A stretch of DNA of 51,136 nt, from contig JAHWKB010000001.1 in the NCBI GenBank assembly GCA_019348115.1, forward strand, positions 1 to 51,136, written 5' to 3'. The DNA comes from Actinomycetota bacterium. Lineage in GTDB: Bacteria; Actinomycetota; Nitriliruptoria; Nitriliruptorales; Nitriliruptoraceae. Shown in pieces: positions 16,122-25,379 of the stretch. Numbering within the stretch: the stretch's first letter is position 1; each line of letters begins with the position of its first letter. The position numbers were made by a program, and so were the translations under genes. Under the pieces are notes generated by a model. That model was not told where the DNA came from. It was given only the letters and a program-made list of their open reading frames with translations, and did not search any database.

Positions 16122-16925
16122 CTAGCTCGCATGCTGCTTCGAGCGCAGGGAACTCCATCGACTGCGCGCCACGCCGTACGCGGCGGCCGCGGCGAGCACA
16201 TCGCCCGACGCGAGCCCTTCGACCGCATCCCAGAGGTCGGCACACGTCCGGTCCGCCTGTAGTTCGCCGGGCGCGAAGAGCGCGGACACCGCGCCGTAGT
16301 CGAGCTCGATCAGCGAGCGCGTGTCGAAGCTGTCGACCCACGCGGCGACCTCGGCGAGCGCCGCCAGGACGTCCTCCCCGTCCTCGATCGTGGCTTCGAC
16401 GACCTCGATCGCACGGGCGAGCCGGTCGGCCGCCTGGTCGGCCGTGGTGAGGTGGACGACGCGCGGCCCCCGGCCCTCGGGGGGATCGAGGACCCGCCGG
16501 TCGTCGGGCTCGAAGGCGAGGAACCACGGGAGCGGGACGGCCCACGGGGCGTCGAGGATGTGCGGCGCCCGTCCCGACAGCGCCAGCCGGTCGAGTGCCT
16601 GGCGCGAGCCGGCGTCGGGCAGGAAGGCGTCGACGACCAGGTCGGGCATCGTCCGCCGGAACTCCCGGAGGGCGGCCGCCGCGCGCAGGTCGAGCTGCAG
16701 CGGGCAGACGTGGATGCGGTCGCCGACCCGCCGGACGAGCGCCGCGTCGTCGCCGCGGGCGAGCCGGCCGGTCAGCAGCCGCGAGGCGCGGGTCGCCTGC
16801 TCGGTCCGCGCCGCCTCGGACGTCGAGATGCCTCCGCTGGTGACGTAGCTCGACCAACGCTCGCGGTCGGCCGGAGGGAAGGCGTCCAGCGGCTCGAACG
16901 CGCGGAGGTGGGCACAGGGGACCAT
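16122..16925 (-). CDS. conserved actinobacterial hypothetical protein (267 aa)
   Basis: This is the last 267 codons of the 690-aa track ORF, starting at ATG 16923-16925 (MVPCAHLRAFEPLDAFPPADRERW...). Codon bias is good. Its position between bldC and vdh matches the hypothetical gene in the Streptomyces locus. The upstream part of the ORF is antisense to vdh. Confidence 0.65.
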   Translation of the reverse strand: MVPCAHLRAFEPLDAFPPADRERWSSYVTSGGISTSEAARTEQATRASRLLTGRLARGDDAALVRRVGDRIHVCPLQLDLRAAAALREFRRTMPDLVVDAFLPDAGSRQALDRLALSGRAPHILDAPWAVPLPWFLAFEPDDRRVLDPPEGRGPRVVHLTTADQAADRLARAIEVVEATIEDGEDVLAALAEVAAWVDSFDTRSLIELDYGAVSALFAPGELQADRTCADLWDAVEGLASGDVLAAAAAYGVARSRWSSLRSKQHAS

Positions 16926-17081
16926 GCGGAGCCACGCTAGCCCCCCTCCGACCGGCCTGCCCGGAGCCCTCCCGTTAGGCTCGGGGGACGGCTGCCGGGC
17001 ACGGGTCGTGATCCGTCCCTGCCGGCACCGACCGCGCGTGACCGGGCGGGACATGCCCGGCACCCCACCGAGGAGCCACCG

Positions 17082-18152
17082 ATGGACGGACCGTTCTCCC
17101 TGCTCGACGGCCACGAACAGGTCGTGTTCGGCAACGACGCCGAGACCGGGTTGCGCTGCATCATCGCGATCCACTCGACCGCGCTCGGTCCCGGCCTGGG
17201 CGGCACGCGCTTCTACCCCTACGAGGACGAGGAGGACGCGCTCGTCGACGTCCTGCGGCTGTCGAAGGGCATGTCCTACAAGGCGGCCTGCGCCGGGCTC
17301 GACCTCGGCGGCGGCAAGGGCGTGATCATCGGCGACCCCGACACCGACAAGACCGAGGCCCTGCTGCGCGCCTACGGCCGCGTGGTCGAGAGCCTCAACG
17401 GCCGCTACATCACCGCCTGCGACGTCGGGACGTACCCGAACGACCTCGAGATCGTCGGCCGGGAGACGGCCTGGGCGACCGGCGCGGACGTCGAGCACGG
17501 GGGGTCGGGCGACTCCGGGATCCTCACCGCCTTCGGCGTGTTCGTCGGGATGAAGGCGACCGCGCAGCGGCTGTGGGGCCAGCCGACGCTCGCCGGCAGG
17601 CACGTCGCCGTGCAGGGCCTCGGCAAGGTCGGTCGCCGGCTCGTCGAGCACCTCCTCGAGGACGGCGCCAAGGTGACGGCGGCGGACATCGACGAGGAGG
17701 CGGTCGCGCGCGTCGGCGAGCTGGACGGGGTCGACACCGTCGCGGCCGACGACATCATCGACGTCGACGCCGACGTGCTCTCCCCCAACGCGCTCGGCGC
17801 GGTCCTCACCGAGGACACCATCCCCCGGCTCCAGGTCGCCGCGGTGTGCGGAGGCGCGAACAACCAGCTCGGCACGGTCGAGGACGCGGCACGGCTCCAG
17901 GAGCGCGGGATCCTGTACGCCCCCGACTACGTCGTGAACGCCGGCGGGCTCATCAACGTCTCGGACGAGCTGCACCCCGACGGCTACGACCCCCTCCGTT
18001 GCCAGCACAAGGCCCAGCGCATCGGGTCGACGCTGCTCGAGATCTTCGCCGAGGCGGACGAGCAGGGCGTGACCACCGAGATCGCCGCCGAGCGCGTCGC
18101 CGAGAAGCGCATGGCGAGCGTCGGCCGCCTCCGCGGCTTCTGGCTCCCCTGA
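17082..18152 (+). CDS. vdh: Leu/Val/Phe dehydrogenase family enzyme (valine dehydrogenase-like)
   Basis: ORF track, 356 aa. Motifs are GPGLGGTRFYPY, the catalytic-Lys region GLDLGGGKGVIIGDP, and the Rossmann motif VAVQGLGKVGRRL. Synteny is as in Streptomyces. Confidence 0.85.
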   Translation: MDGPFSLLDGHEQVVFGNDAETGLRCIIAIHSTALGPGLGGTRFYPYEDEEDALVDVLRLSKGMSYKAACAGLDLGGGKGVIIGDPDTDKTEALLRAYGRVVESLNGRYITACDVGTYPNDLEIVGRETAWATGADVEHGGSGDSGILTAFGVFVGMKATAQRLWGQPTLAGRHVAVQGLGKVGRRLVEHLLEDGAKVTAADIDEEAVARVGELDGVDTVAADDIIDVDADVLSPNALGAVLTEDTIPRLQVAAVCGGANNQLGTVEDAARLQERGILYAPDYVVNAGGLINVSDELHPDGYDPLRCQHKAQRIGSTLLEIFAEADEQGVTTEIAAERVAEKRMASVGRLRGFWLP

Positions 18153-18219
18153 CCCGGTCGGAGTTTGCATCGAGTTGTTTCGGCTGAGCCGCAACGAGTC
18201 GATGCAAACTCCGGGTCAG
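18149..18219. terminator. 71-nt composite stem-loop spanning both stop codons of convergent vdh and purM
   Basis: The outer stem is ctgaccc/gggtcag. The 14-bp perfect inner stem is ggagtttgcatcga (18160-18173) paired with tcgatgcaaactcc (18199-18212). Further in are gttg/caac and cggc/gccg with a tga loop. The vdh stop is at 18150-18152 and the purM stop is at 18216-18218. Confidence 0.65.
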
Positions 18220-19238
18220 GTGAGGTCGACGCCAGCGCCGGCGACGACCTCGCCCATGACCCAGGCGTCGACGCCGCGCTCGCCGAGGTGGGCGACCGCG
18301 GTGTCGGCGGCGTCGCCGGCGACGATCGCGACCATGCCCACGCCCTGGTTGAACGTGCGCCACATCTCGTCCTCGGCCACCGGACCGGACCGCTGGAGGA
18401 AGCCGAACACCGCGGGGCGCTCCCAACTCGTGGTGTCGACGCGTGCGCCGAGCCCGTCCGGGAGGACGCGCGGGAGGTTGCCCGGGAGGCCGCCGCCCGT
18501 GACGTGGCAGAACGCGTGGACGTCCACGGCCTCGATGAGGGAGAGGCAGTCCCTGGCGTAGATGCGCGTGGGCTCGAGGAGGACCTCACCGAGGGGGCGC
18601 CCGAGACCGTGGTCGTCGTCGAGGTCGAGGCCGCCGATGACGACCCGCACGAGCGAGTAGCCGTTCGCGTGGATGCCGCTCGAGGCCATGCCGACGAGCA
18701 CGTCGCCCTCGCGGACGCGCGCCGGACCGAGGATGGCGTCCTTCTCCACGGCGCCGACGCCGAAGCCGGCGAGGTCGAACTCGTCGGCGTCGAGGAGGCC
18801 CGGGTGCTCCGCGGTCTCGCCACCCACCAGCGCACAGCCGGCGATCCGGCAGCCCTCCGCGATGCCACGGACGAGGTCGGCCACGCGCCCCGGCTCGAGG
18901 TCGCCGACCGAGACGTAGTCGTTGAAGAACAGCGGTTCGGCCCCGGTGACGACGAGGTCGTCGACCACCATCGCCACGAGATCGATCCCGACGGTGTCGA
19001 GGATCCCCAGCCGGCGCGCGAGATCCACCTTCGTGCCGACGCCGTCCGTCCCGCTCACCAGCACGGGTCGCTTCCACTTCGCGAGGTCGAGCTCGAACAG
19101 GCCGCCGAACCCGCCGATGCCGCCGAGCACCTCGGGCCGGTGGGTGGACTTCACGACCTCGCCGATGAGCTCCACCGAGCGGTCCGCGGCGTCGAGGTCC
19201 ACGCCGGCGTCGGCGTAGGAGATCGGCTCGTCCGTCAC
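18216..19238 (-). CDS. purM: phosphoribosylformylglycinamidine cyclo-ligase (AIR synthetase)
   Basis: GTG 19236-19238 (VTDEPISYADAGVDLDAADRSVELI...). Motifs are GGFGGLF, SGTDGVGTK, and GGETAEHPG. Confidence 0.93.
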   Translation of the reverse strand: MTDEPISYADAGVDLDAADRSVELIGEVVKSTHRPEVLGGIGGFGGLFELDLAKWKRPVLVSGTDGVGTKVDLARRLGILDTVGIDLVAMVVDDLVVTGAEPLFFNDYVSVGDLEPGRVADLVRGIAEGCRIAGCALVGGETAEHPGLLDADEFDLAGFGVGAVEKDAILGPARVREGDVLVGMASSGIHANGYSLVRVVIGGLDLDDDHGLGRPLGEVLLEPTRIYARDCLSLIEAVDVHAFCHVTGGGLPGNLPRVLPDGLGARVDTTSWERPAVFGFLQRSGPVAEDEMWRTFNQGVGMVAIVAGDAADTAVAHLGERGVDAWVMGEVVAGAGVDLT

Positions 19239-19315
19239 GGGTGCGGCCCTCCGGGCGGGTGCGGTCGGGGCGGCATCCTCGCACGGCCCCCCGCGCGGGC
19301 GCACGTCGGGCGGGT

Positions 19316-20347
19316 CTAGGCGCCGCCGGCGACCCGGGTCGCCTCGAGTGCGCGGGCCTCGAGGGCGGGGAGCTCGTCGGCGGCGGCGACCGCGTCAGCG
19401 AGCCCGTCCGCGGTCGCGGCGGCGAGCGCGGACCAGGCGTCGGCCGCGAGGCGCCACGCGCCGGCGGCGGCGAGGAGGGACTCGTCGCCGGTCCGTTCGC
19501 CGGCCTCGCGCAACCCGTCCGCCTGGAGCCGCCGGAACATCCCGGTCCCCGTGCCGGCCTTCTCGATGAACACCCGGAGCGCCCGCAGCCCGGCGCGCTG
19601 CTCCTCCTCCGACAGGACGTCGTCCCACGCGGCGAGATCGTCGACGAAGGTCCGGACCCCCGTGGTCCCGGTCGCCTCCGTCAGCACACCGGCGAGGGTC
19701 CCGTCCGGGAAGAGGCCCGTGCCCGACTCGAGGTGCGTGACGGCGTCGGCGCAGGCGGCCCGGGCGACCTCGCGGAGGTGGGGGAGCTCGTCGGGGAAGC
19801 GCATGGGGTAGGTCGCGTAGCGCGGGGGATCGGGGAAGCCGTCGGTGGAGCGCGCCCGGTCGAGGACGTCCAGCGGGACCTCCTGCAGCTCCGCGCGGTC
19901 GTTGTCGAGGAGGTAGGCGACGCCGGCGTCGTCGTCGTAGCCCGTGACGAGGAGGCTGTGCCGGGTGTTGGAGAGCGTCACCCGCAGGTAGGGGAGCGCC
20001 AGGATGTCGGCGTTGATCATCACGGGTCGGCCGGCGTCGAGCTCGTCGGCGACGAGGCGCCAGCCCTCCTCCGCGTCGTCGCTGCGCCGGACCTCGACGT
20101 CGATGCCCAGCCGACGGCACGCGGCCAGCTCCAGGTCGCCGGTCCTGCCCACGAGGTAGATGGGCGGGGTGTCGCGCTCGAGGCGGAGGTACTGGAAGGC
20201 GAGGCCGCCGGAGAGGGCGAAGACGAGCGCCTCCGACGGCGGCCCGTCGCCGTAGCCGAGCCCGCTCCAGGCGAGGAGGTCGCGGAGGGAGCCGGAGCCG
20301 CAGTGGCCGGCGATCATGTGTGGGACGTCGACGAGGACCCGGGTCAC
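19316..20347 (-). CDS. BtrH-N / DUF4872-like protein (papain/C39-like fold predicted), function unknown
   Basis: ORF track, 343 aa; its GTG start overlaps the stop of the upstream gene (GTGA at 20344-20347). The N-terminal HMIAGHCGSGSLRDLLAWSGLGYGDGPPSEALVFALSGGLAFQYL matches my memory of the BtrH_N signature. A later His context is SNTRHSLLVTGYDDD. The helical C-terminal half resembles DUF4872. Confidence 0.6.
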   Translation of the reverse strand: MTRVLVDVPHMIAGHCGSGSLRDLLAWSGLGYGDGPPSEALVFALSGGLAFQYLRLERDTPPIYLVGRTGDLELAACRRLGIDVEVRRSDDAEEGWRLVADELDAGRPVMINADILALPYLRVTLSNTRHSLLVTGYDDDAGVAYLLDNDRAELQEVPLDVLDRARSTDGFPDPPRYATYPMRFPDELPHLREVARAACADAVTHLESGTGLFPDGTLAGVLTEATGTTGVRTFVDDLAAWDDVLSEEEQRAGLRALRVFIEKAGTGTGMFRRLQADGLREAGERTGDESLLAAAGAWRLAADAWSALAAATADGLADAVAAADELPALEARALEATRVAGGA

Positions 20348-20979
20348 TGCCCGGCCTCGGGCGTCCGTCCACGCTCGACGGTGACGTTGAAGACCGGGGT
20401 CCCGAGCGTCTGCATCAGGGTGAGCCAGAGGGGGAGGTACATCTCCATCCCGCGCGCGCCCGCGATGCCCCCGAGATCGATGAGCTGGACGTCCCGCCAG
20501 CCCAGCTCGCCGAGGAGGTCGCGGACGACCGCCTTCGCCGTGGGATCGGCGCCGGCGAGGAACAGGACGTGGTCACCGGGGACCGACCCCGGGTCGACCA
20601 TCACGGACGCCGTCACGGTGTTGAGGGACTTCACGACGCGGAGCTCCGGGAAGGCGCGCTGGATGACCTCGCCGAGGGAGTCGTCGTTCGACACCGTCAG
20701 CCGCAGCTCGCCGGAGGGGAAGTCCAGCGGGTTGGAGACGTCCAGGAGGACCTTGCCCTCACGGTCGGCGCGCGCGCTCGCCCCGATGGCGTCGACGGAT
20801 CCGGCGCCGGCGGTGGCGTTCACGAGCAGCTCGCCGTGCGCGACCGCCTCGGCGAAGGTGATCTTGTCCTCGCCCGCGGTCCGCGATCCCAGCACGACGT
20901 CGTGGCCGGCGCCGCCGAGGGCGTCCCCGAGCGTGCGGGCCACGGTCCCCGTCCCGAGGATCCCGATCCGCATCTCCAC
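20344..20979 (-). CDS. NADP-binding oxidoreductase of the NpdG / F420-dependent NADP reductase-like family
   Basis: ORF track, 211 aa; the ATG at 20973 (MRIGILGTGTVARTLGDALGGAGHDVVLGSR) is equally possible. It has a Rossmann GxGxxA motif, an overall F420_oxidored-like layout, and a C-terminal dimerisation helix region. Confidence 0.65.
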   Translation of the reverse strand: MEMRIGILGTGTVARTLGDALGGAGHDVVLGSRTAGEDKITFAEAVAHGELLVNATAGAGSVDAIGASARADREGKVLLDVSNPLDFPSGELRLTVSNDDSLGEVIQRAFPELRVVKSLNTVTASVMVDPGSVPGDHVLFLAGADPTAKAVVRDLLGELGWRDVQLIDLGGIAGARGMEMYLPLWLTLMQTLGTPVFNVTVERGRTPEAGQ

Positions 20980-21052
20980 CTCCGGCGCCGCTCCGACGCC
21001 AGCGTCGCACAGACGGCGAGCAGGAGGGGCGTCGCGGAACGTTCCGGGACCC

Positions 21053-22585
21053 TCACTCCTCCACGGGGCGACCCTCGCGGGCGTCGGCGACCCGCGTCGC
21101 CTCCGCGGCGGACGGTGTCACGGAGGAGCTTGCCGTGCCCTCGAAGTCGAACTTGAACTGGGCGTGGTCCTCGTGCTCGCCGGGGACGGGGATGGGGTAC
21201 TGCCCGTCCATGCACGCGCGGCAGAGTCGGTCCTTCGGCGTCGGCGTGGCGGAGATGAGCCCGTCGAGCGAGATGTAGTGCAGCGAGTCGGCCTCGATGA
21301 AGGCACGGATCTCCTCGACCGACATGTCCGCGCCGACGAGCTGGGCCCGCGTCGCCATGTCGATGCCGTAGTAGCAGGGGTGCGCGATCGGCGGCGACGT
21401 GATCCGCATGTGGACCTCGGCCGCACCGGCCGCCCGCAGCATCGCGATCAGCTGGCGCGAGGTGTTGCCGCGCACGATGGAGTCGTCGACCACGACGAGG
21501 CGCTGCCCGTCGATGATCTCGCGGACCGGCGACAGCTTGAGCCGGATACCGAGCTGCCGCAGCGTCTGGGTGGGCTGGATGAACGTCCGCCCGACGTACC
21601 GGTTCTTCACGAGCGCGTCGGCGTAGGGGATGCCGGACTCGACGGCGTACCCGCCGGCCGCCGCGTGTCCGGAGTCCGGGACGGGGACGACGACGTCGGC
21701 CTCGACGGGGGCCTCGCGCGCGAGGACCCGCCCCATCTCGCGGCGGGCGGCGTAGACGCTGCGGCCGTCCTGGACGTGGTCGGGGCGCGCGAGGTAGACC
21801 CACTCGAAGAGGCAGTAGTGCGGTTCGGCTGCGGCGAAGCGGCGGGACTCGATGCCGTGCTGGTCGATCGCGACGATCTCGCCGGGCTCGACGTCGCGGA
21901 CGTAGACGGCGCCGACGATGTCGAGGCCGGCGGTCTCCGATGCCACCACCCAGCCGCCCCGTGGGAGACGCCCGATGACGAGTGGCCGCACGCCGTCGCG
22001 GTCACGGAAGGCGTAGAGCCGCTCCTCGTCCATGCACACGACCGAGAACGCGCCGGTGAGCTCGGGAGCGATGCCCGCGATGGCGTCCATCACGGACGGC
22101 TCGGCGTCCCGGGCCAGCAGCCGGCACATCACCTCGGAGTCGTTGGTCGCCGGGACGTCGAGCTTGCGCGCGAGCTCGAGCGTGTTGACGAGGTTGCCGT
22201 TGTGGCCGAGCGCCACGCCGTTGCCCTCGGGGGTCTCGGCGTACTGCGGCTGCGCGTTCGCCCACGAGCTCGAGCCGGTCGTCGAGTACCGGCAGTGCCC
22301 GATCGCGAGGTGGCCCGTCATCGCGGCCAGGCCGGAGTCCCGGAACACCTGGTTCACGAGCCCCATGTCCTTGTGCACGACGATGCGCTGGCCGTCGGAG
22401 ACCGCGATGCCGGCGGACTCCTGCCCGCGGTGCTGCAGGGCGTAGAGGCCGTAGTACGTCAGCGTCGAGACGTCCTCGCCGGGCGCGTAGATCCCGAAGA
22501 CCCCGCACTCCTCGCGTGGGCCCTCCCCGAGCGAGGCGAGGTCCACGTCCTCGGGGACGAGCGGGAGGAGACGGCGCTGGGCCAC
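21053..22585 (-). CDS. purF: amidophosphoribosyltransferase
   Basis: ORF track, 510 aa. A propeptide is followed by the Ntn cysteine (REECGVFGIYAP). The PRPP loop is VVVDDSIVRGNTS. The C-terminal Cys cluster (CYYGID, CRACMDGQYP) fits the 4Fe-4S type. Confidence 0.95.
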   Translation of the reverse strand: MAQRRLLPLVPEDVDLASLGEGPREECGVFGIYAPGEDVSTLTYYGLYALQHRGQESAGIAVSDGQRIVVHKDMGLVNQVFRDSGLAAMTGHLAIGHCRYSTTGSSSWANAQPQYAETPEGNGVALGHNGNLVNTLELARKLDVPATNDSEVMCRLLARDAEPSVMDAIAGIAPELTGAFSVVCMDEERLYAFRDRDGVRPLVIGRLPRGGWVVASETAGLDIVGAVYVRDVEPGEIVAIDQHGIESRRFAAAEPHYCLFEWVYLARPDHVQDGRSVYAARREMGRVLAREAPVEADVVVPVPDSGHAAAGGYAVESGIPYADALVKNRYVGRTFIQPTQTLRQLGIRLKLSPVREIIDGQRLVVVDDSIVRGNTSRQLIAMLRAAGAAEVHMRITSPPIAHPCYYGIDMATRAQLVGADMSVEEIRAFIEADSLHYISLDGLISATPTPKDRLCRACMDGQYPIPVPGEHEDHAQFKFDFEGTASSSVTPSAAEATRVADAREGRPVEE

Positions 22586-22629
22586 GCGGGACTCCCGGAA
22601 CGGAGGACGGGAGGGCGAGTGTACGACGG

Positions 22630-22860
22630 TCAGCTCGCCTCGCGCTGGGCCCGGACGCGGCGTTCGCGGCGCTCGAGGTAGAGACGGGCGAGCCGACGTG
22701 CGCGCGCGGCGCGGTCGGGGTCACCGGTCTCGTCGAGGGGCTGGCGGCTGGCGATCAGCAGCTCGGTGGTGGTGAGCTCGTCCGGATCGCGCTCGTTGAG
22801 CAGCGTCGAAGACGATCTCACGGATGTCCTGCGCTCGGACGGGGTCGGGGGGGTGGTCAC
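22630..22860 (-). CDS. small hypothetical protein (76 aa), predicted disordered N-terminus and basic helix
   Basis: Track ORF with a GTG start. Third positions are mostly G/C. The product is MTTPPTPSERRTSVRSSSTLLNERDPDELTTTELLIASRQPLDETGDPDRAARARRLARLYLERRERRVRAQREAS. It lies between purL and purF on the same strand. Confidence 0.45.
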   Translation of the reverse strand: MTTPPTPSERRTSVRSSSTLLNERDPDELTTTELLIASRQPLDETGDPDRAARARRLARLYLERRERRVRAQREAS

Positions 22861-22996
22861 GGGGTGTCCTCTGGAGGGGGCGGAGGGGAGGGCACCGGCT
22901 CCCGTGCGGGACGATCGTCGGGCATGCCGGCGGGACGACCGACCCGCGGCACCGGCCGGGCGGACGGGGAAGGTGGGGAACGCGGGTGCGAGCGCC

Positions 22997-25303
22997 TCAG
23001 ATGGCGGGACCGTCGTCCTCGCCGAGCGCGCGCGGCAGGCCGGAGGTGTACGCCTCGCGCACGTCCTCGAGGTCCAGGTCGAGGAGGTCGCCGATCACCA
23101 GCCGGTCGCCGCCGACCGTGCCGGCGTCGCGCATGAGCAGGCCGGCATCGGCGCACAGGCGGGCGAAGGTGGGCACGCTCGTGGACGGGACCGTCACCAC
23201 GACGCGGCCGGGGGACTCGCTGAAGAGCGCCTGCGCGGGTGGGATGCCGTCCCCCTCGTGGAAGGTGACGCCGATGTCGCCGGCGAGGCAGGACTCGACG
23301 AGGTTCGCGAGCATCCCGCCCGACGAGACGTCGTGCGCGGAGTGGAGGAGCCCCTGCCGGGCGGCCTCGATCAGCACCACGGCGAGCGCCGCCTCGACGT
23401 CGAGGTCGACCGGGGCGAGCCGACCACCGAGGGGGCCACCGAGGTGACGCTGGAGCTCGGAGCCGGCGAGGCCGGGCCCCGTGGGGGCGCCGAGGAGGAA
23501 GATGACGTCGCCCTCGTCCTCGAAGCCGATGTCGACGGCGTGCTCGGCGTCCTCGAGCACGCCGAGGATGCCCACGACCGGGGTCGGGAAGATGGCCTGC
23601 GGGTCGGCATCCGGCGCGGGGCGGGTCTCGTTGTAGAGCGACACGTTGCCGCCGGTCACGGGCACGCCGAGGGCGTCGCAGGCCTCGCCGAGCCCGGCCA
23701 CGGACTCGGCGAACTGCCACATGATCTCGGGCCGCTCGGGGTTGCCGAAGTTCAGGCAGTTCGTCGTCGCCAGCGGACGGGCGCCGACGCACGCGACGTT
23801 GCGGAACGCCTCGGCAACGACGCGCTTCGTGCCCTCGCGGGGGTCGAGCTCGCACCAGCGCCCGTTGCCGTCGGTGGCGACGGCGACCGCCTTGCGTGAG
23901 CCCGGGAGCCGGACGACGCCGGCGTCGGCCATCCCCGGGCCGAGCACGGTCCCGGACAGCACCAGCGAGTCGTACTGCTCGTGGACCCACGCCTTGGAGG
24001 CGACGTTCGGCGACGCCAGGAAGCCCAGCGCGAAGCTCTCGAGGTCGTCGCCGGGGATCGTCAGGGACTCGGCGTCGGCCGCCACGTAGTCGGCGAGCCA
24101 GGCCGGCCGGGCCATCGGACGCTCGTAGGTGGGCCCCTCGTCGGCGAGCGAGCGGGCCGGGATCTGGGCGACGGTCTCGCCGTTGCGCGACAGCAGGAGC
24201 GCGGACCCCTCGACGACCTCGCCGATGACCGAGGCGGGGACACCCCACTTCTCGGCGATGGCCAGCACGTCGTCGAGGTTGTCCGGCGACACGAGCGCCA
24301 GCATCCGCTCCTGGGACTCCGAGCAGAGGATCTCCCACGACTCCATCGACGGCTCGCGCAGGTGGACCTTGGAGAGGTCGACCTGCATGCCCATCGACGC
24401 CTTCGACGCCATCTCGGCGGTCGAGCACGCGATGCCGGCGGCGCCCATGTCCTGGATGCCCGACAGCAGGTCGCGGTCGTAGAGCTCGAGGCAGCACTCG
24501 ATCAGGAGCTTCTCGGCGAACGGGTCACCGACCTGCACGTTGGGGCGCTTGTCCTCGAGGCCCTCGTCGAACTCCTGGCTCGCGAGGACCGACGCGCCAC
24601 CGATGCCGTCGCGCCCCGTCCCCGACCCGAGGAGGACCGCGACGTCGCCCGGTGCCTCGGCGACGGCGAGCTGGAGGCGGTCCTTCGGCATCACGCCGAC
24701 CGCCAGGACGTTGACGAGCGGGTTGCCGGCGTAGCAGTCGTCGAAGACGGTCTCGCCGCCGATGTTGGGCACGCCGACGCAGTTGCCGTAGCCGCCGACG
24801 CCGCGCACGACCCCGTCGATGATGTGGCGCTGGTGCGCGTCGGGGCGACCGTCCTTCGTGACCGGGTTGCCGAAGCGGAGCGGGTCCATGATGGCGATCG
24901 GTCGTGCGCCCATCGTGAAGATGTCGCGCAGGATGCCGCCGACCCCGGTGGCCGCACCCTGGTAGGGCTCGACGTAGCTCGGGTGGTTGTGCGACTCGAT
25001 CTTGAACGTCACGGCGAGGCCGTCGCCGACGTCGACCACGCCGGCGTTCTCGCCGGGACCGACCAGCACCTGCGGGCCGTCGGTCGGGAGGGTGCGGAGG
25101 TGCACCTTCGAGCTCTTGTACGAGCAGTGCTCGGACCACATGACCGAGTACATCCCGAGCTCGGACTTGGTCGGGACGCGACCGAGGGTGTCGACGATGC
25201 GGTCGTACTCGTCGCCCCGCAGCCCGAGCTCGTGCCCGAGCTCGCGGGCCTGCTCGGCCGACAGCGTCTCGTCGGCCGGGAAGCTCGTCGTCGCGTCGCT
25301 CAA
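22997..25303 (-). CDS. purL: phosphoribosylformylglycinamidine synthase subunit PurL (FGAM synthase II)
   Basis: The track ORF is 872 aa. I prefer TTG 25301-25303 (LSDATTSFPADETLSAEQARELGL...), which is preceded by GGAGGA plus a 5-nt spacer and gives ~768 aa. Motifs are MWSEHCSYKSS, ESHNHPS, and DCYAGNP. Confidence 0.93.
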   Translation of the reverse strand: MSDATTSFPADETLSAEQARELGHELGLRGDEYDRIVDTLGRVPTKSELGMYSVMWSEHCSYKSSKVHLRTLPTDGPQVLVGPGENAGVVDVGDGLAVTFKIESHNHPSYVEPYQGAATGVGGILRDIFTMGARPIAIMDPLRFGNPVTKDGRPDAHQRHIIDGVVRGVGGYGNCVGVPNIGGETVFDDCYAGNPLVNVLAVGVMPKDRLQLAVAEAPGDVAVLLGSGTGRDGIGGASVLASQEFDEGLEDKRPNVQVGDPFAEKLLIECCLELYDRDLLSGIQDMGAAGIACSTAEMASKASMGMQVDLSKVHLREPSMESWEILCSESQERMLALVSPDNLDDVLAIAEKWGVPASVIGEVVEGSALLLSRNGETVAQIPARSLADEGPTYERPMARPAWLADYVAADAESLTIPGDDLESFALGFLASPNVASKAWVHEQYDSLVLSGTVLGPGMADAGVVRLPGSRKAVAVATDGNGRWCELDPREGTKRVVAEAFRNVACVGARPLATTNCLNFGNPERPEIMWQFAESVAGLGEACDALGVPVTGGNVSLYNETRPAPDADPQAIFPTPVVGILGVLEDAEHAVDIGFEDEGDVIFLLGAPTGPGLAGSELQRHLGGPLGGRLAPVDLDVEAALAVVLIEAARQGLLHSAHDVSSGGMLANLVESCLAGDIGVTFHEGDGIPPAQALFSESPGRVVVTVPSTSVPTFARLCADAGLLMRDAGTVGGDRLVIGDLLDLDLEDVREAYTSGLPRALGEDDGPAI

Positions 25304-25379
25304 CGGGGTCCTCCGGGTGGGTCGCCGGAGACTACCGAGACGGCCGTAGCCTTCCGTCCCCGTCGCCGGAGGAGTCCCC

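Noticed and set aside
22586-22629. Purine riboswitch or other leader structures upstream of the pur genes (also 27704-27842 upstream of purS).
   Set aside because: I could not recognise the conserved purine-riboswitch core or any strongly structured, AT-balanced leader by eye. The regions are short or simply GC-rich. A covariance-model scan would be needed to exclude this fully.
19241-22681. 1146-aa plus-strand ORF.
   Set aside because: It is antisense to the BtrH-like, oxidoreductase and purF genes, all of which have clear family signatures on the other strand. The product is low-complexity and Arg/Gly/Pro-rich.
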